64,000 nucleotides of DNA from Amoebidium appalachense (GCA_963693365.1 CAVNZM010000007.1:1349979-1413978); one strand, 5' to 3'. Positions 1 to 26,265 are shown, counted from the stretch's first letter. The notes: generated by a model from the sequence alone, not told the origin. A program made the numbers and translations.

Positions 1-11166
<11,166 letters not shown>

Positions 11167-12020
11167 CTGGCAGTGAAGAATGGTTAGTGCGTATTGCTGA
11201 CAAAAACGTTGAAGTAAAAAACTTATCATCAGGCTTATCCATTTATATTATTACAGTTAAATTTTGACACTGTTTTTGGCCATAGGTACCTACACCTGAA
11301 AAGTTCGAAAACATCTCACCTGGAGGCGAACTGTTGACAAACGGATCTCCCTATACCACTTATGAGCCATTTATTCTCCTAGTCTTTTATTAATAAGGCT
11401 TCTTGTACATGTCTACTAGTTTTGGCACCATGCGGGGATCGTATATTTATCATAGCATGTTATTGCTAGTATAGAAGCTGAATGGAAATATTCTTAAAAT
11501 ACAACTTTTAAGTCTGGAAGAGTAGTCAGATGCAATCCGGTATGTAACAGTAACACCCACCATAATACGAGTCAGTCCGACTCAGTTGGCTCAGTCTGAC
11601 GGTCGATCTGGGACATAGGCCCTATTGATGACATTCAGAAAACTCAAAAGGAGTAGGGTGATTTAAGTGGTCATCCAGCTGTATCCAATCAAAAGGCGTA
11701 AAACAATAAAAAGCACATTTTCACCATTAATCGTCATCGGGCTGCAATCCCCTGAAGATCAGGTCATGATGATCCGGCACACGTGTACATCCGGCATATG
11801 GATCTACTGTTATTAGAGCTCGAATACTGTTTCTTTTTATGTACACAAACTTGGAGCATAGGCAGTTGAATGTGTATGGTCTATAGAGAGAGGCAGATTC
11901 TGACGTTTTGAGGTGTTTTTGTGGGTGAAATGGTTCAGTCACGACTCACGAGTAGATCACCATCTCACCTTGACTCGGCTGTGTCCGCGTTTAAGAACAA
12001 AACGGCATTTAAGATCTCAG

Positions 12021-12058
<38 letters not shown>

Positions 12059-12442
12059 CCCTCTCGCCTCCCCCAACCCTCCTCCCCAAGCCTCCTTATC
12101 TATCCTGAGGAGGCCTTAATCCTCTCCCCCCCTCCCCCTCTCCCCTCCCCCCCAACACACACACACACACACACACAGACGCACACACCTGCCAGTCCGA
12201 AACACACGCATACTCACCAACCAACACCACCGCCACCATCGGTACCACCACCTCCGCCCCTCCTCAATATTAACTCACCACGGGGCCTAAGCGCTTCTTC
12301 GAACGGCCATAGATGGGGAAGAGAGGGAGAGGGAGAGGCGGGAGGCTGGGGGACGGGGGGAGGGCGGAGGTGGGCCCGGGGGGCCGGTGGGGGGGGAGCT
12401 CGAGGCCTCGGGGGGGGGGGGGAGGGGAGGCCGGGGCCGCCG

Positions 12443-12507
<65 letters not shown>

Positions 12508-12921
12508 AGGGTCCGGGGAGTTGCCATGCCATGAGATTCTTCCTAATAGGTTTTGGGCGTTACCCAACGCCTCCCATATACTAATTATTAACAGTTAGGA
12601 CTATTTAGTACTATAGGATGCCTTGGAGCTGACGTCTCACCAGGCTCACACCCAGCACGAGTGCCACCACTGTCATACACCCGAGGTTTTGATGCGCGTA
12701 AAGATGGACATTACCTAGTGCAGCCGGCCGCGTCGACGTCACTCGTCACCTCGCTAAACATGGTACAGTTCTTTTCAAGTTACACACTGTGTTGTGTAGT
12801 ACCGTCGACGTGAGAAGTAGTTATTGCACTACATTCGAACACTAATTAACCATTGAACCCTTCTTCAATCCCTGGGTCCGACCAATATGAATCCCATATC
12901 TTATTTTCCCAAGCTGTCAAA

Positions 12922-14488
12922 ATGGCGGCCCCACTCCACTTACTAGACCTGCCCATGGACACGCTCTGTCACATCACTTCCTTTCTCCGTCAAAAGGACC
13001 GCCTCGCCCTAGCTCTAGTTTGCAAACACCTTTGCGCTGTTTCGCGTTCTCCAGCCTCTGGGGTTTTCACTTTACACATTAACATCAACCTACCCACAGT
13101 AGAGTGCATGCACGAAATATTTGAACACACAAACAAGTATAGCGACAACCAGTTGTGCAAATCTTTGGGTTGCCTTCTCCCCCCACGCAGCATCATTGTG
13201 AGGTTGGAGTCATTAATCACTGATGTGAAGCTCACCATAAGGGGTAAGGATTCCAACTCCGCCGAAGTCGCAAGACATCTGCAAGGCAGTGCAATTGGAG
13301 TTTGCCAGTGGATGATTTTCAAGTTGCAGTCGTTTCTCACCCGCTTTACGCGGCTCGCAGATGTACATGCCAGCGTCTGCTACACCCAAGACTGGTTGGG
13401 TTATGATGAGCGCGAGACAGCTTCTTGTGTGTTTTTCCGCTCTTTTCTGCAATCACTCCCAATACTAATATCCTCCAATTTCTCTTCTGTCACGTGTGAT
13501 GTATCGTCTGGCCATGATCCCTCAAAGATTATACGCAAGCTTCTACAAACCAAATCCGATCTGAGGACACTAACATTTCATGAACGCTGCGCATTCACCG
13601 GCATACTAAACGACATAACATCGGAGTATGTACCCGAAAACTTTACAGTAGCAGCTACGGGGCTAACAGAACTCAATGCATTTAATTCGCACACTACGTT
13701 CCCCTCGGAAGTTTTGGCACAACTTACCAGCGTCCGCCGGCTACACACTCGCATCTTACACAGGCGCAATTGTCTCCAGTTTGTTCACTCAACCAACCAC
13801 CTCAGAGTTCTGGTCCTTTTCATCAATGACACGCATGTACACCAAGATCGTGTTTCGTTGGCCCCGCTTTCCGGCTGTCCCTCTCTCGAATTTCTTTCGC
13901 TTTCTGGACGACGAACATCTGCATGCAGTCTTGAGAATGACTGGCCAACAGAGTTCCTTGAACGAATGAAGGGATTATCGTTGGAGAAATTGCAGGTTCG
14001 TGGGGGCGAGTGGCTATTGCTGTGCAAAAACCTCGTCAAGCTTTCCCTTCGGTCGGTCGATTTTTCTGAGTGTGACAGGGTGCCTGCACTCAACTGTGAA
14101 CAACTCCGGCACGTCGACATTAATTGGGATGGTCGGCGTGACGAACAACATCTCGCGCCCAATTTCCTGGAGAAATGCAGGGTGCTGGAAGTTGTGAGGA
14201 TATGTGGTGTGGTGGTGGAAGGGGTGGGGGGTCTGGCGAGTCCGGGTGTGGATGGGGCCCCGTGGGCAACACGCCTGAGGTGGGTTAATATACAATGCAT
14301 GGCTCCATTAATAGCTCAAGTGTGCACAAAATGAGCACACGTACAAACTTATGTGCTCTGTGTGTGTACGTGTCTATCTTCCCCCCCCCCCCCCCCCCCC
14401 CCGACACCCCCTTATGCGGACACACGTCCACACATGTACACCGAACCACAAGGCACATATGCACGGACGACACAACAGCGCGCGCGCG

Positions 14489-14533
<45 letters not shown>

Positions 14534-15867
14534 TCGATTTTCTATCCACCAAGCAAATGGTGTGAGTGTTTGTTGAGTTCTTTGCTTACGGTCTGTTCCC
14601 TTCCAATAGACCCTTCTGTCCTCACTTAAGAACACACACACAATCATGGTCAATAGACAGTCAACACAAGCGCACATGCACCCTCGTTGCACATGCCCCC
14701 ACTCCCCCCCCCTCCCCCCCCCCCCCCCCCCCCAAACACACACACGGCACAGAAACGGACGTGAGCTAAAGGACATGCATGCAGGTACACTGGCGTAGCC
14801 ACACTGCAACACGTGCACCACTCTGTATGTGTTTGCGTGCCCCCTCCCCCCCCCTTTCCCCCTCTCCCCCTTCCCCCTCCCCTCCCCCCCCCAACCCTTT
14901 CTCCCTACTTTTTAACACCCGCCCCCCTCCCCCCCCCTCCACCTTCCCCCCCTTCCCCCGGAAGTTTGTTGTCTCAACCAAGCAGAATCGGGTTGAAATT
15001 GCACCAAGAAAAATGTAATGCCTGCCTAGACGTTGGCATATTGGTATGCTGAAATTCACTGCAAAAGTCCGAAAGTGGTTATGTATGCGCCTCAAAACCG
15101 GAACAATAATACAACCCGACATAGAACAATAACTCCATGTAATATAATCATAAACGAAGCTAACACGTGTGTATATTCTTTTATTCAGGGAGGTAAACCT
15201 TCTCAGTTGCGACATCACCGACACGTCATGTTTCAGCCACTGCACCACCCTCACCTGCATTCATCTATCGGGCGTGACCTTCACCTCCGACCCCACCACC
15301 GCCCTCCGTCCCCTCAAAACGTGCCCCAACATCCGCTACTTCCTAATTTGGCAAGATTCCGGCAGCACATTCCCGCTACCTTCTCCTCCGGCATGGCCCC
15401 ACCTTAAATCATTGGAGATTAATGGCGACAGAGTGCAACTGCGCACCCTGAAACCCCTTGAAGAATGCGGGGAGTTGGAACATTTGAGTTTGAACATTGA
15501 GGTCGGCAAGGACCAAATGCCGGACCTCGCCCCCCTTGCATATCACCCTACGCTCAAAGAATTTACGTTATATCTCGATGGTGAAGGAGCGAAATTCTAC
15601 AACGAGCAATCGGAAGAGCGAGGCGAGTATCAATTCGCTCCTCTGGCTCTCTGCCCGAAGTTGGAGAGCGTGTATACGAGCTTGCATGAGGGTGCATACC
15701 TGAAACGCTGGCTGCGCATGGTATGTTGCAAAATTCCACCCTGTATATCTCTTGTATATCCACCATGCATATCCCTCCTTTGTCCACCATGCATAAAAGT
15801 TGTAAATGTAGCTTTCGAAATTATGGTTGTCCCGTCTTATTTCTCATGCATAGCCTTGAAATGGTAG
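12922..15867 (+). CDS. F-box protein with C-terminal LRR-like repeats, 2 exons (12922-14279, 15189-15867; 678 aa)
   Basis: N-terminal F-box LLDLPMDTLCHITSFLRQKDRLALALVCKHL; repeated LxxLxL and LAPLxxCPxL motifs; phase-2 intron AG|GTGGGT...TTTTATTCAG|G joins the two ORFs in frame (RLR-EVNLL); spliced length 2037 nt is divisible by 3. Confidence 0.85.
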
Positions 15868-15988
15868 CCATAGTATGTGGGTGGTTACAGTTACCGATAC
15901 CTCCTAACCCCATATGATACGTCTGGCCATCCTCGTTGCAAATTGAAGGCATATGGGAAAACAAAACTGCAAGCAGATACTGGGGGTG

Positions 15989-16021
<33 letters not shown>

Positions 16022-16324
16022 GACGGGGTGGGGGCGCCCCGGGGGGGGGGGGGGGGGGGAGGGGGAGGAGTGGGGGGGGGGGGGGGGTCAAACTTGTTGC
16101 ACAGGTCCGGGTGTGAGTGCACACACGTTTGTTTTCAAATAATCGTGAGTACTTAAAGGTACAAGTGCAGGTATGCAAGAGCACCTGAGTAGAATAGGGG
16201 TGTCTAACTTAGTGATCGCCTATGCGGCTATAGTTGCTAACACGGATTTAGGCCCAACAACCACATGTATGACACACACACACATGTGCATGTGACTCAC
16301 TGTACACAACACCCGCACACTCAT

Positions 16325-16427
<103 letters not shown>

Positions 16428-16476
16428 CACTACCACCACCACCACGACCATCACAACCACCAACCCACCCAGACGA

Positions 16477-16613
<137 letters not shown>

Positions 16614-16614
16614 G

Positions 16615-16968
16615 GAGCGCGCCATGTACGCCAACAGCGATGCACCCACTGTTCCTAACGTTGTCCGTCTGACATACATTGGTGGGTGGAGCACGAAATA
16701 CCCCAGCAACAGAAACACAATCGACCGGAAATTCAAGTGGAAGGACGATGAAATTTCAGACTCGCTCTGGCGTTTGGTGGAGGAAAAAACCCCCCAAATG
16801 CAACCGGGCAAGCACGATCGCGTCACGGTTTCGTGGATGGGGTTTGACTGTATTGTGCACACAGTGCGAGGGGAGGAATGTGTGGTATGGCTCGGGGAAG
16901 GGTTAAAGTGGGAGGAATGCACGGGGGGTACCGGGATAGTGGAGCTGTGTGGACCCCCCCTTTGGTGA
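16615..16968 (+). CDS. Probable terminal exon or small gene of unknown function
   Basis: Non-repetitive 114-aa protein-like ORF preceded in frame by (CA)nCAG acceptor; no motif recognised and upstream exons not found. Confidence 0.35.
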   Translation, partial: ERAMYANSDAPTVPNVVRLTYIGGWSTKYPSNRNTIDRKFKWKDDEISDSLWRLVEEKTPQMQPGKHDRVTVSWMGFDCIVHTVRGEECVVWLGEGLKWEECTGGTGIVELCGPPLW

Positions 16969-17059
16969 GGTCTGTCGGGTGGCCAGGTTTAAGGCCGAAC
17001 ATGTGGTGGATGTGCCTGCAGTCACATATAATAGCAGGTGGGCGGGTGGATGTGTTTGT

Positions 17060-17090
<31 letters not shown>

Positions 17091-17372
17091 GGGGGGGGGG
17101 GTTCCGATGGATGGGTGTTTAATTTTTTTTTTTGTTTTGTTTTTTGCTTTTTTGGGGGGGGGAGGGGGGAGAGGGGGGAGTGGAGGCTGGGGGTCTTTGG
17201 CCGTTGAAATCTTGAAAGTTTGCTCGCGGGACAATTTGCATGGAGGTTAGATAATGGGGATCGGAGTTGCATGCCTATTGATGTGGGGCTAACTTTCTTA
17301 TCCCCCCCCCGCCACCCCCCCACCCCCCACCCACCCCACCCCCTCCCCCCGCATGCATCAATCTGTTCCTTT

Positions 17373-18270
<898 letters not shown>

Positions 18271-18635
18271 ATGTCTTAATGTGTGTGTGCGTGTGCCCGT
18301 GCGTGCGTGAGTTCGCACTGCACTTCCCACCCACCTGATAGTCGTTTCACCTCATTTGTGTGCCTTGTGCTACTCAGCGTTTTGGTCGAGAACATCCCCT
18401 TCCCCTCTCCCCCCTCCCCCCCCCCCCCCCCCCCCCCCCAACACACACACACACACACCCTTCCACCCACCTTCCAATGACTTGTGTAGAAATGCACCAA
18501 ATCTATCTGGTTTTCTTGAACCCTCAGTTAGGGTTAAGGCTCCACAAGGGGGCGGAGAGACTGCAATCAGATGTGAGAAAGGACGGAGGAGGGGGGGGGG
18601 GGGGGGGGGAGTTGAAACATTAGCATCGGCATGTT

Positions 18636-18636
18636 G

Positions 18637-18724
<88 letters not shown>

Positions 18725-18736
18725 CATGCATGCATG

Positions 18737-18800
<64 letters not shown>

Positions 18801-18802
18801 CC
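18636..18802. repeat. (GCCT)n tetranucleotide microsatellite
   Basis: Direct reading of the sequence. Confidence 0.95.
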
Positions 18803-19018
18803 CAGCTATTCTATTTATCATCCCGTGTGTCCTTCCACCTTCATGCGTTGTTCTACTCGTTCCCCATTCCCACTCCCCCTCCACCCGTGGGAGATATATC
18901 TCCTTGATAATTTTTCATGTACTGTGTTCTATTTAGTTGACTTCGCTATTCCTCCATTTTCTAATGCATACCGCCCCCCCCCCCCCCCTCCCCCTTCCCC
19001 CCCCTCCCCCCCCCCCCT

Positions 19019-19049
<31 letters not shown>

Positions 19050-19120
19050 ACCACACGCCCGCACACACACACACACACACACACATACACACACACTCGC
19101 GCGTGCGCGCACGCACACAC

Positions 19121-19167
<47 letters not shown>

Positions 19168-19186
19168 CCCACATGCACACAAGCAG

Positions 19187-19312
19187 GTACGGGTTCTGGC
19201 TCTCGCACGTGCACGATCTTGCCAGGGGCGCAGACCGTGCCCTCATCTCCCGGCTGCTCACGTGCCCCAAAGATTGCATGGTCAAACGCAAGAGATACCA
19301 CACGTGCAGAAA
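19187..19312 (+). CDS. Isolated exon-like segment ([42 protein letters not shown])
   Basis: Flanked by GCAG| and |GTAAGT, open frame, non-repetitive; a similar candidate exon at ~18490-18571. Parent gene unclear. Confidence 0.3.
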
Positions 19313-19960
19313 GTAAGTGCTACTGGTGGGTGCAAACACATAATTCATATGTGTGGACCTCCCCCCCCCCCCCCCCTCCCCCCCCCCCCCCCCCCCCCCA
19401 ATAAAAAATATAAAGCCCTCCCACCCCACCTCTCAAGAATTAAAAAAAACAATGAATACGTATGAGACGCACACGCGCTCGCACACACACACACACACAA
19501 ACACGCACACGACACGTGCGCGCACACACACACACACACAGACACACACACACACACACAGACACACACACGCACACACACACACACATTTCTGAGGACG
19601 CCTCCCTTGCCCCCCCTCCCTCCCCCCCCACCTGCCTCTGCCCCCTCTCCTACCCACTTACCCATCCACCCACATACACACAAACGCACACACACCAACC
19701 CCTCTTCCTACTCCGATGAAATCTCCTGAGGGATGAAGAATTCACCGCACTTCATAGATCGGTGGTGGGGGGTAGACTTTGCTCGGCAGGTCTAGGGATT
19801 GTTACAGTGGTGGTGTCTCTTTTTCGTAGCCCCACACATCTAACCCACCGCCACACACACATGCACACACACGAGCACATACACACACGCGCGCGTATGC
19901 GGGCACATGCATGCACACAAGGGTATGCACGCACGCACACACACACATACACACTCACAT

Positions 19961-20044
<84 letters not shown>

Positions 20045-20055
20045 ACCCACACCCA

Positions 20056-20103
<48 letters not shown>

Positions 20104-20357
20104 CCACCATTTCGACCCACAGTTTCAACCAAGCCAGCTCGCACTTGCTGCAACGCGCCAAAGAGCTCGCCGGTTTAACCCAGTATTTTGAATGAGAATT
20201 CAGGGGGGGTTCAAGTAAATTGAAGGGGACGGTGTTTCTTGTGGAAGGGTGCCTTTTAGCACTACTGCTATTTGGGAACCATATGTAGAATCAAGGGGTC
20301 GGGTGGCTTGTGTGGTGTTGTGGCGGTTGGTGTTCAAAAAAAAAATTCTTTTGGCCA

Positions 20358-20624
20358 TTTTGGTAGTTACAAAGTTTACTCCATTTATACAACCCGGATG
20401 TGATTGGTGGAAGAGTGATGACAGGTAAATCGCAGCTGTGACTTGATCTTTTCTCGGCATTCTTCCTCCCCCCCCTCCCCCCCCCCCCCCCCCCCCCGTT
20501 TTTCATTTCCTCCCCCCCCCCTCCCTTCCCCCCCCCCTTTTCCCCCTCTTTTCTATTTCTTGTTTTCTTTTTCTTTTTTTTCTGGGGGAAGGGTGGGGGG
20601 AAGGGTGGGGAAGGGGTTTTTTTT

Positions 20625-20666
<42 letters not shown>

Positions 20667-21056
20667 TGTGTGTTCATATCGGGCAAGTCCATAGCTAGGA
20701 TATATTCCTTGGCTATCATAGTCGTAGGGACATATGTAAGGATGTACCCCTCTTACCAAGTGTGGGGTTCTGGGTTGCGCAAACTTCGAATTTATTAAAT
20801 GGGTGTGAGGCAAGTATAGGGTATAAATGCCCGTTTGGGAATCTAGATGCTCATATTAGATACACCAATATTCTCTGCAACTTGCAATTTCAATGCAGCT
20901 GGTTTATTTGGGGCCATTGGACGATATTTGATGGCTGGATTCAACCGTGCTTTTAAACTCAATCTATTTTAGTTCTTTATTTCCAGAATGCAGATATTTA
21001 TAGTCCACCAATCACATCTGGATTGTATAAATGGAGTAAACTTTGTATCTACCAAA
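20358..21056. mobile_element. Inverted-repeat-bounded segment, possible MITE or DNA transposon relic
   Basis: ~53-bp inverted repeats at 20358-20411 and 21004-21056 with 3 mismatches; no ORF inside; no TSD identified. Confidence 0.5.
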
Positions 21057-21225
21057 AACTGCCCCGTCTCTTTAAATAAAATCGTACAGCTTTCGTTCAA
21101 GATGGCTCGCTCTGAAATGAGTGCACAATGTGTCCTGGTGTGTTACTGATGTGTGTGTGTGTGTGTCGTGTGCATGGGCGCGTGTGCATGTAGGCTCACG
21201 GTGTGTCCCTTTAGGTTAGTATAGG

Positions 21226-21311
<86 letters not shown>

Positions 21312-21312
<1 letters not shown>

Positions 21313-21375
21313 TGGGCGGTAAGCTCCGCTGAGGCAGTGCCTCGCCGGGAGCGGAACGGGATGAATAAAAATAAA
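21312..21375 (+). mobile_element. Extremely 5'-truncated SINE copy (3' end only)
   Basis: cggtaagctccgctgaggcagtgcctcgccgggagcggaacgggatgaataaaaataaa matches the SINE 3' end at 38884-38944; probable TSD tgtgtatgtgc at 21301-21311 and 21376-21386. Confidence 0.75.
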
Positions 21376-21472
21376 TGTGTATGTGCATGTGCGTGCGTGT
21401 GTGCGGGTGTGTATGCGTGTCTGTGTGTGTGTATTTGTGTTTTTTGTGTGTGTGCATCTCAGGCTGTGTGAA

Positions 21473-21532
<60 letters not shown>

Positions 21533-22026
21533 GTGTGTGTGCATGTGTGTGTGCATGTGTGTGTGTGTGTGTCTGAATATGTGTGTTGTCACGTTTGTGT
21601 GCGTGTGTATGTGTGTGTGCAGATTGTGCTTGTACTTCCTGTGTTTCGAAACCTGCTAGCTAGGTGTTTGAAACTTTTTGAGGCACTAAATCAGCTGTTC
21701 TATTTAGTGCTCGAGTTTCAAGTGTGCCATGTCGATTTTCACCTAGAAAACTGTTGGACCACGGCTTTTTAAACTGTTGGACCACAGCTTTTTGATTTTA
21801 CCAGCTTTTTATTGTGATACCCGTGCTCACAGAGCAAAGATGAATAAAGCATCCCGTTCCTTTCTCAACCCACTTCTATTGATAGCTCGTTTATTTCTTA
21901 AGCCGTTATGCTACACTATTTCAGCCTAGCACTACAGGCTGTCTATGCATGCTCGTTTATACATGCTATATACGACATTCGTACCCGCTATTTACACCCA
22001 CCCACTTCAATCACCCCACCCGTCAC

Positions 22027-23811
22027 CTACTGCAGGAGCATGACAAGGGCAGCCAGGAGGGCCACCACGGGAGTAGCAATGCTTGTGCGCACGGCCGTGC
22101 TGGTGAGCTGTGTGTCGGCGCCAGCACTGTTTGTGGCCGAACCATAGACGGAGCCAGATGTGCGCACAGTGGCGGAGCCGCTCTCGGTGGCCCGGCGCAC
22201 GACATTGTTGGTCTCAGACGTGATAACGGCACGGCGACGGCGAGCCACAGCCTCATAGTAGACCTCAAAGGTGCAGCGGAAAGACAGGCGGGTGATGAGG
22301 CCTGGGCCGGGGTCGGGGAGCACGTCGTTGGTCATGACCTGCTGCAGCCAGTACGTCTGTGTGACTGTGGGTGTACCCGCAGGCACATCGGCACGAAGGC
22401 CCACGGCGCTGCCTGTCACATCCTGCTGGAAGTTGCTGGCCAGCGTGCCGTTGACGGCAAGCCCGGCGTTGCTTGTCTTGTCGGTCCAGGCACCCCCGTC
22501 CGTGCTGACCTCCCACTTCTGCAGCAGCACAGAGCTGACGCTGGGCCCCTGCAGATCGATGCGGAAGTATGTGGGGCGATTCCACTCCCAGGCACGCTGG
22601 TGCGTGGTCGATGCCTTACGCTGAGCGTCCGTGGTGCCGGTGGGGGCAACGAAGCGCACCACCTTGATGATGTTGTTGATGCTGTACAGGGCACCGCCGG
22701 TCTGGCAGAAGTTGTCGGAGTTAAGCGTCATGCTGATGCTGCTGCCCGTGTCGGGGGTCTGCAGGGGGCAGTCCTCGGCGGCAATATCGGGCGAGCACGT
22801 GACCGTGACCTGCTCGAGCGTGTACGTGCCGTCAAGCTCGCACACACGGGGAGTGTCGGAGGCTGGATGCAGGAAGGTCACCTGCATGGTCTTGCGGCAG
22901 ATACCAGCGCCGCCTGGGTAGGCATAGTCGTTGGCGGTACCATTGCGGCAGCGGTCAGCCAGCGTGTTTGCGCCGCTGGTTGCAGAGGGGCCGGTGACGG
23001 AGACAGCGTTGGCGGCCGACACGGAGGCACCCGCAGTAGGGGTAAGCACGGTCTTGTACTGAGACACGTCATAGGGCCAGTGGATGGCATAGGTGAGGTT
23101 GAGCGTACTCTGTGCCTGGTCGGGGCGGAGGACAATCTGTTGAGTGACAGCCGCCGTCAGGTTGAACTTGGACGTCACGTTGACATCCGTTGTGACCGTG
23201 GCATTGAACAGCACCTGAAGCTTGAAGTTAACTGGAAGAGTGGTAGACACGGTACGTGTGTCGCTGGCCTCGTTGACAGACCCCAGAGTGACGGGCTCGG
23301 TGTACGTCACATCGAGCGAGCCGTTGTAGAAGCGGTACCACACACCGCCCTCGTCAAAGGCAGGGCCCACGGTGAACCCGCAGCCGGTCTCCAGGTAGTT
23401 AACATCAATCTTGATCTGGATGTTGTCGTTGCAGTTGCTTGCATCAGCAACATTGGATGCGTTTGTGATGGTGGCAAGGGAGAGGAACCGACCCGAGGCA
23501 CAGTTCTTGAGGGCAAACGAGGTGAAGCGACGATTCTTTCTGGCTCCACCGGTCATGGTGACGACCAGGGAGTAGTCCGACTCATCAATCCACGGCTGGA
23601 TGACAGACAGGTTGGTGGTGACCTGCAGCTGGGGCTGATTGGCGTCGGCGGAGGCCAAGCATGCGCCGAGGGTGCTGCAGTCTCCGATGCGGCCAGAGTC
23701 GCACACACAGGCATCAGTGGAGCCCTCGATGTCGATGGTTGCACCATTGGTGCAGGTCTGGGCGGCGACAGACCCGATGAGGGCCGCCGCGGCGAGGAAA
23801 GACTTCAACAT
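22027..23811 (-). CDS. Secreted, probably GPI-anchored surface protein, 594 aa, ZP-module-like architecture (paralog A)
   Basis: Uninterrupted ORF; signal peptide MLKSFLAAAALIGSVAA; EGF-like Cys cluster (CVCDSG); beta-strand-rich body; RRRR at ~524-527; Ser/Thr linker; hydrophobic C-terminus PVVALLAALVMLLQ; strong C/G third-position bias; motifs shared with 34569-36703. Probable short 5'UTR intron at ~23827-23886. Confidence 0.9.
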   Translation of the reverse strand: MLKSFLAAAALIGSVAAQTCTNGATIDIEGSTDACVCDSGRIGDCSTLGACLASADANQPQLQVTTNLSVIQPWIDESDYSLVVTMTGGARKNRRFTSFALKNCASGRFLSLATITNASNVADASNCNDNIQIKIDVNYLETGCGFTVGPAFDEGGVWYRFYNGSLDVTYTEPVTLGSVNEASDTRTVSTTLPVNFKLQVLFNATVTTDVNVTSKFNLTAAVTQQIVLRPDQAQSTLNLTYAIHWPYDVSQYKTVLTPTAGASVSAANAVSVTGPSATSGANTLADRCRNGTANDYAYPGGAGICRKTMQVTFLHPASDTPRVCELDGTYTLEQVTVTCSPDIAAEDCPLQTPDTGSSISMTLNSDNFCQTGGALYSINNIIKVVRFVAPTGTTDAQRKASTTHQRAWEWNRPTYFRIDLQGPSVSSVLLQKWEVSTDGGAWTDKTSNAGLAVNGTLASNFQQDVTGSAVGLRADVPAGTPTVTQTYWLQQVMTNDVLPDPGPGLITRLSFRCTFEVYYEAVARRRRAVITSETNNVVRRATESGSATVRTSGSVYGSATNSAGADTQLTSTAVRTSIATPVVALLAALVMLLQ

Positions 23812-25036
23812 GACGAATAAATATGCCTGTACGGCAGGATAATTAGTGTTCGGAAAATTGTAGAGATTGACTAGCTAGTTTTTTACTGTCGGAATGTGAT
23901 ACCGATGAGCAGTAATGCGTCGAGTTCGCTCCTTTTGTATCCCCGAGTATCAGTGCCAGATTCCAGAAGGTAAATTAGGAATGTGTGGCTGTCGCCAAGT
24001 ATGCTGCGTGATATTTTTCTTTACGGATTGGTGATTTTGATACATTTTTGCAGTTTTTCTGTTTTGATTGGCTTTTGTATAACCATGTAACCTGATTGAT
24101 GTGGGCGGTTACACGTGTATGCTATCAGGGGGATAGTTTAGGCTACATGTAACATCACTGCCCGCTGTGACTTATGGTATTGGAAACCCGTACGGAGCAA
24201 GCAGTCCCAAAAAAATGCCAAAGGACGTTTTTTTTTTCTCCTCTCAGCGACCATTGACACACACACAAAAAAAAATCCATTGACTAGGGAACCGTTAAAA
24301 AATTGTTTTCATTGGTCTTTGCTTCGCAATGGCATGAAGACAAGATAAAATGAGGCATGCACTTCACATGCCAATTGCATTCCAGGTTGTTTAGCCTTAC
24401 CTAAGTTCAACAACTTTTTGAGTCACCAAAGTGCGGCAAGTCAGAATACCTTCTGTAACATAGTTGATGAGTGTGAAAGTTTCAGAGTCTAAAAATTATA
24501 CAGCATGTATCTATTGTCACTTTTTGGAAATTGAGTATACAGCGGAGCCTTCTGTGGCACGCATGTGTCATGACGTGCCGTCGACGGCGCGACGCCCGTC
24601 GTGCAGGCACAAGAGATGGGCATCCCTGGAATGTACACGCGTGCACTACACATTCCTGAGTTCACGTGCATTTCACACCATGGCCAGTCGGGACGAAGTC
24701 GCCGTGACGGCGCGGGTGACGGCATGCCGCGGATGCGCACGTGTATACGTACATACATGTGTATCGATAACGCTGTTGCCAAGTGACAAACTCTTCTTGG
24801 CTACCATGCATGCATGGCCACGTGTTCTTGCGCAGATTCGCCATAATGCATCAATATTGGGTCTCCTCTCCCCAAGCAGGCAATTTGACCCAAAACGTTA
24901 GAGCATGGGTAAAGTATTCACTGTGAGAAGGCCCTCGTTGACCAGCTCGGCGCGGCAGCCGAGTCGAGTGGTACACATTACATACATGCTTAATTCAAAC
25001 ATGATAGCCTATACAGTGCCTACGTATCACTACCCT

Positions 25037-25067
<31 letters not shown>

Positions 25068-25498
25068 AAAAAAATAAAAATAAAAAAAATAGCTATATAC
25101 ATCATAAATAATAGCTCTTTGTTTTGTTCCTCAAAATATGAAAGTAGATCACCGGCTAACACAGTAATTATGAGTGATTTCACTGTCCTGACGTCCCATC
25201 TACCTGTAATACTACCCCGGCCAGCGTACAGCAGCACATGATACCCATGGGCACTGATATCGATGGTTCAATATATTGAATCTCCCCCCCCCCCCCCCCC
25301 CCCCCCCCCCCCGTTCTTCCCCCCCTCCCTCCCCCTCTCTCTCGCGCTCTCTCCCCCCCTCCCCGCCCCCCCCCCCCCCCCCCCCCGGCTCTTCCCCCCT
25401 TCCCTCCCCCGGCCCCTCCCCTTCCTCCCCTCCCCTACACCCTCCCTCCCCTACACGATCCCTGCCGTATATGCGCATCGATACGAAGAGTCACGGGT

Positions 25499-25713
25499 GT
25501 TTTTTTTTTGTTTTTTATTATTATTATTTTTATTTTATCCCGTTTCACTCCCGGCGAGGCACTGCCTCAGGGGGAGCTTACCGTCTTCCGCCTAGACACA
25601 GATCATACTGTATAGCACACTCATAAGTCAGGATTCTAATTGACCCCAACTGGCACTATTTTTAGTTACGACTTATCCCACGGTTCTAGCCGCAGCAACG
25701 CTAGTGGGGATGC
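25499..25713 (-). mobile_element. 5'-truncated SINE copy
   Basis: Reverse complement closely matches 38757-38944; A-rich tail at left; 12-bp TSD agagtcacgggt at 25487-25498 and 25714-25725. Confidence 0.9.
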
Positions 25714-25879
25714 AGAGTCACGGGTAACTTCTATTATTTAGATAGATATAACTAGGTCACGTGCACTGGCAGTGGCAGTCACTACCTGGCCCAGCCATAC
25801 ATACGGCCATTCCCATATATCATGTGGGCACACCACTTTCAGGGCCCCGTCCCCGTCCACACACACACAAACACACAAA

Positions 25880-25976
<97 letters not shown>

Positions 25977-26005
25977 GCACACACACACACACACAGACAC
26001 ACACA

Positions 26006-26036
<31 letters not shown>

Positions 26037-26175
26037 GCGCGCGCACACACATACACACACACACACACATTCACGTGTACAGTGCACACACACAAACACA
26101 CACATGTACAACACACACACACACACACACACACACTTGCGCGCGCACACGCACAATCACACACCGTGTGACAGA

Positions 26176-26265
<90 letters not shown>

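Noticed and set aside
21949-23820. 623-aa plus-strand ORF
   Set aside because: Antisense shadow of the codon-biased 594-aa gene; no signal or motif, and not preserved in paralog B.
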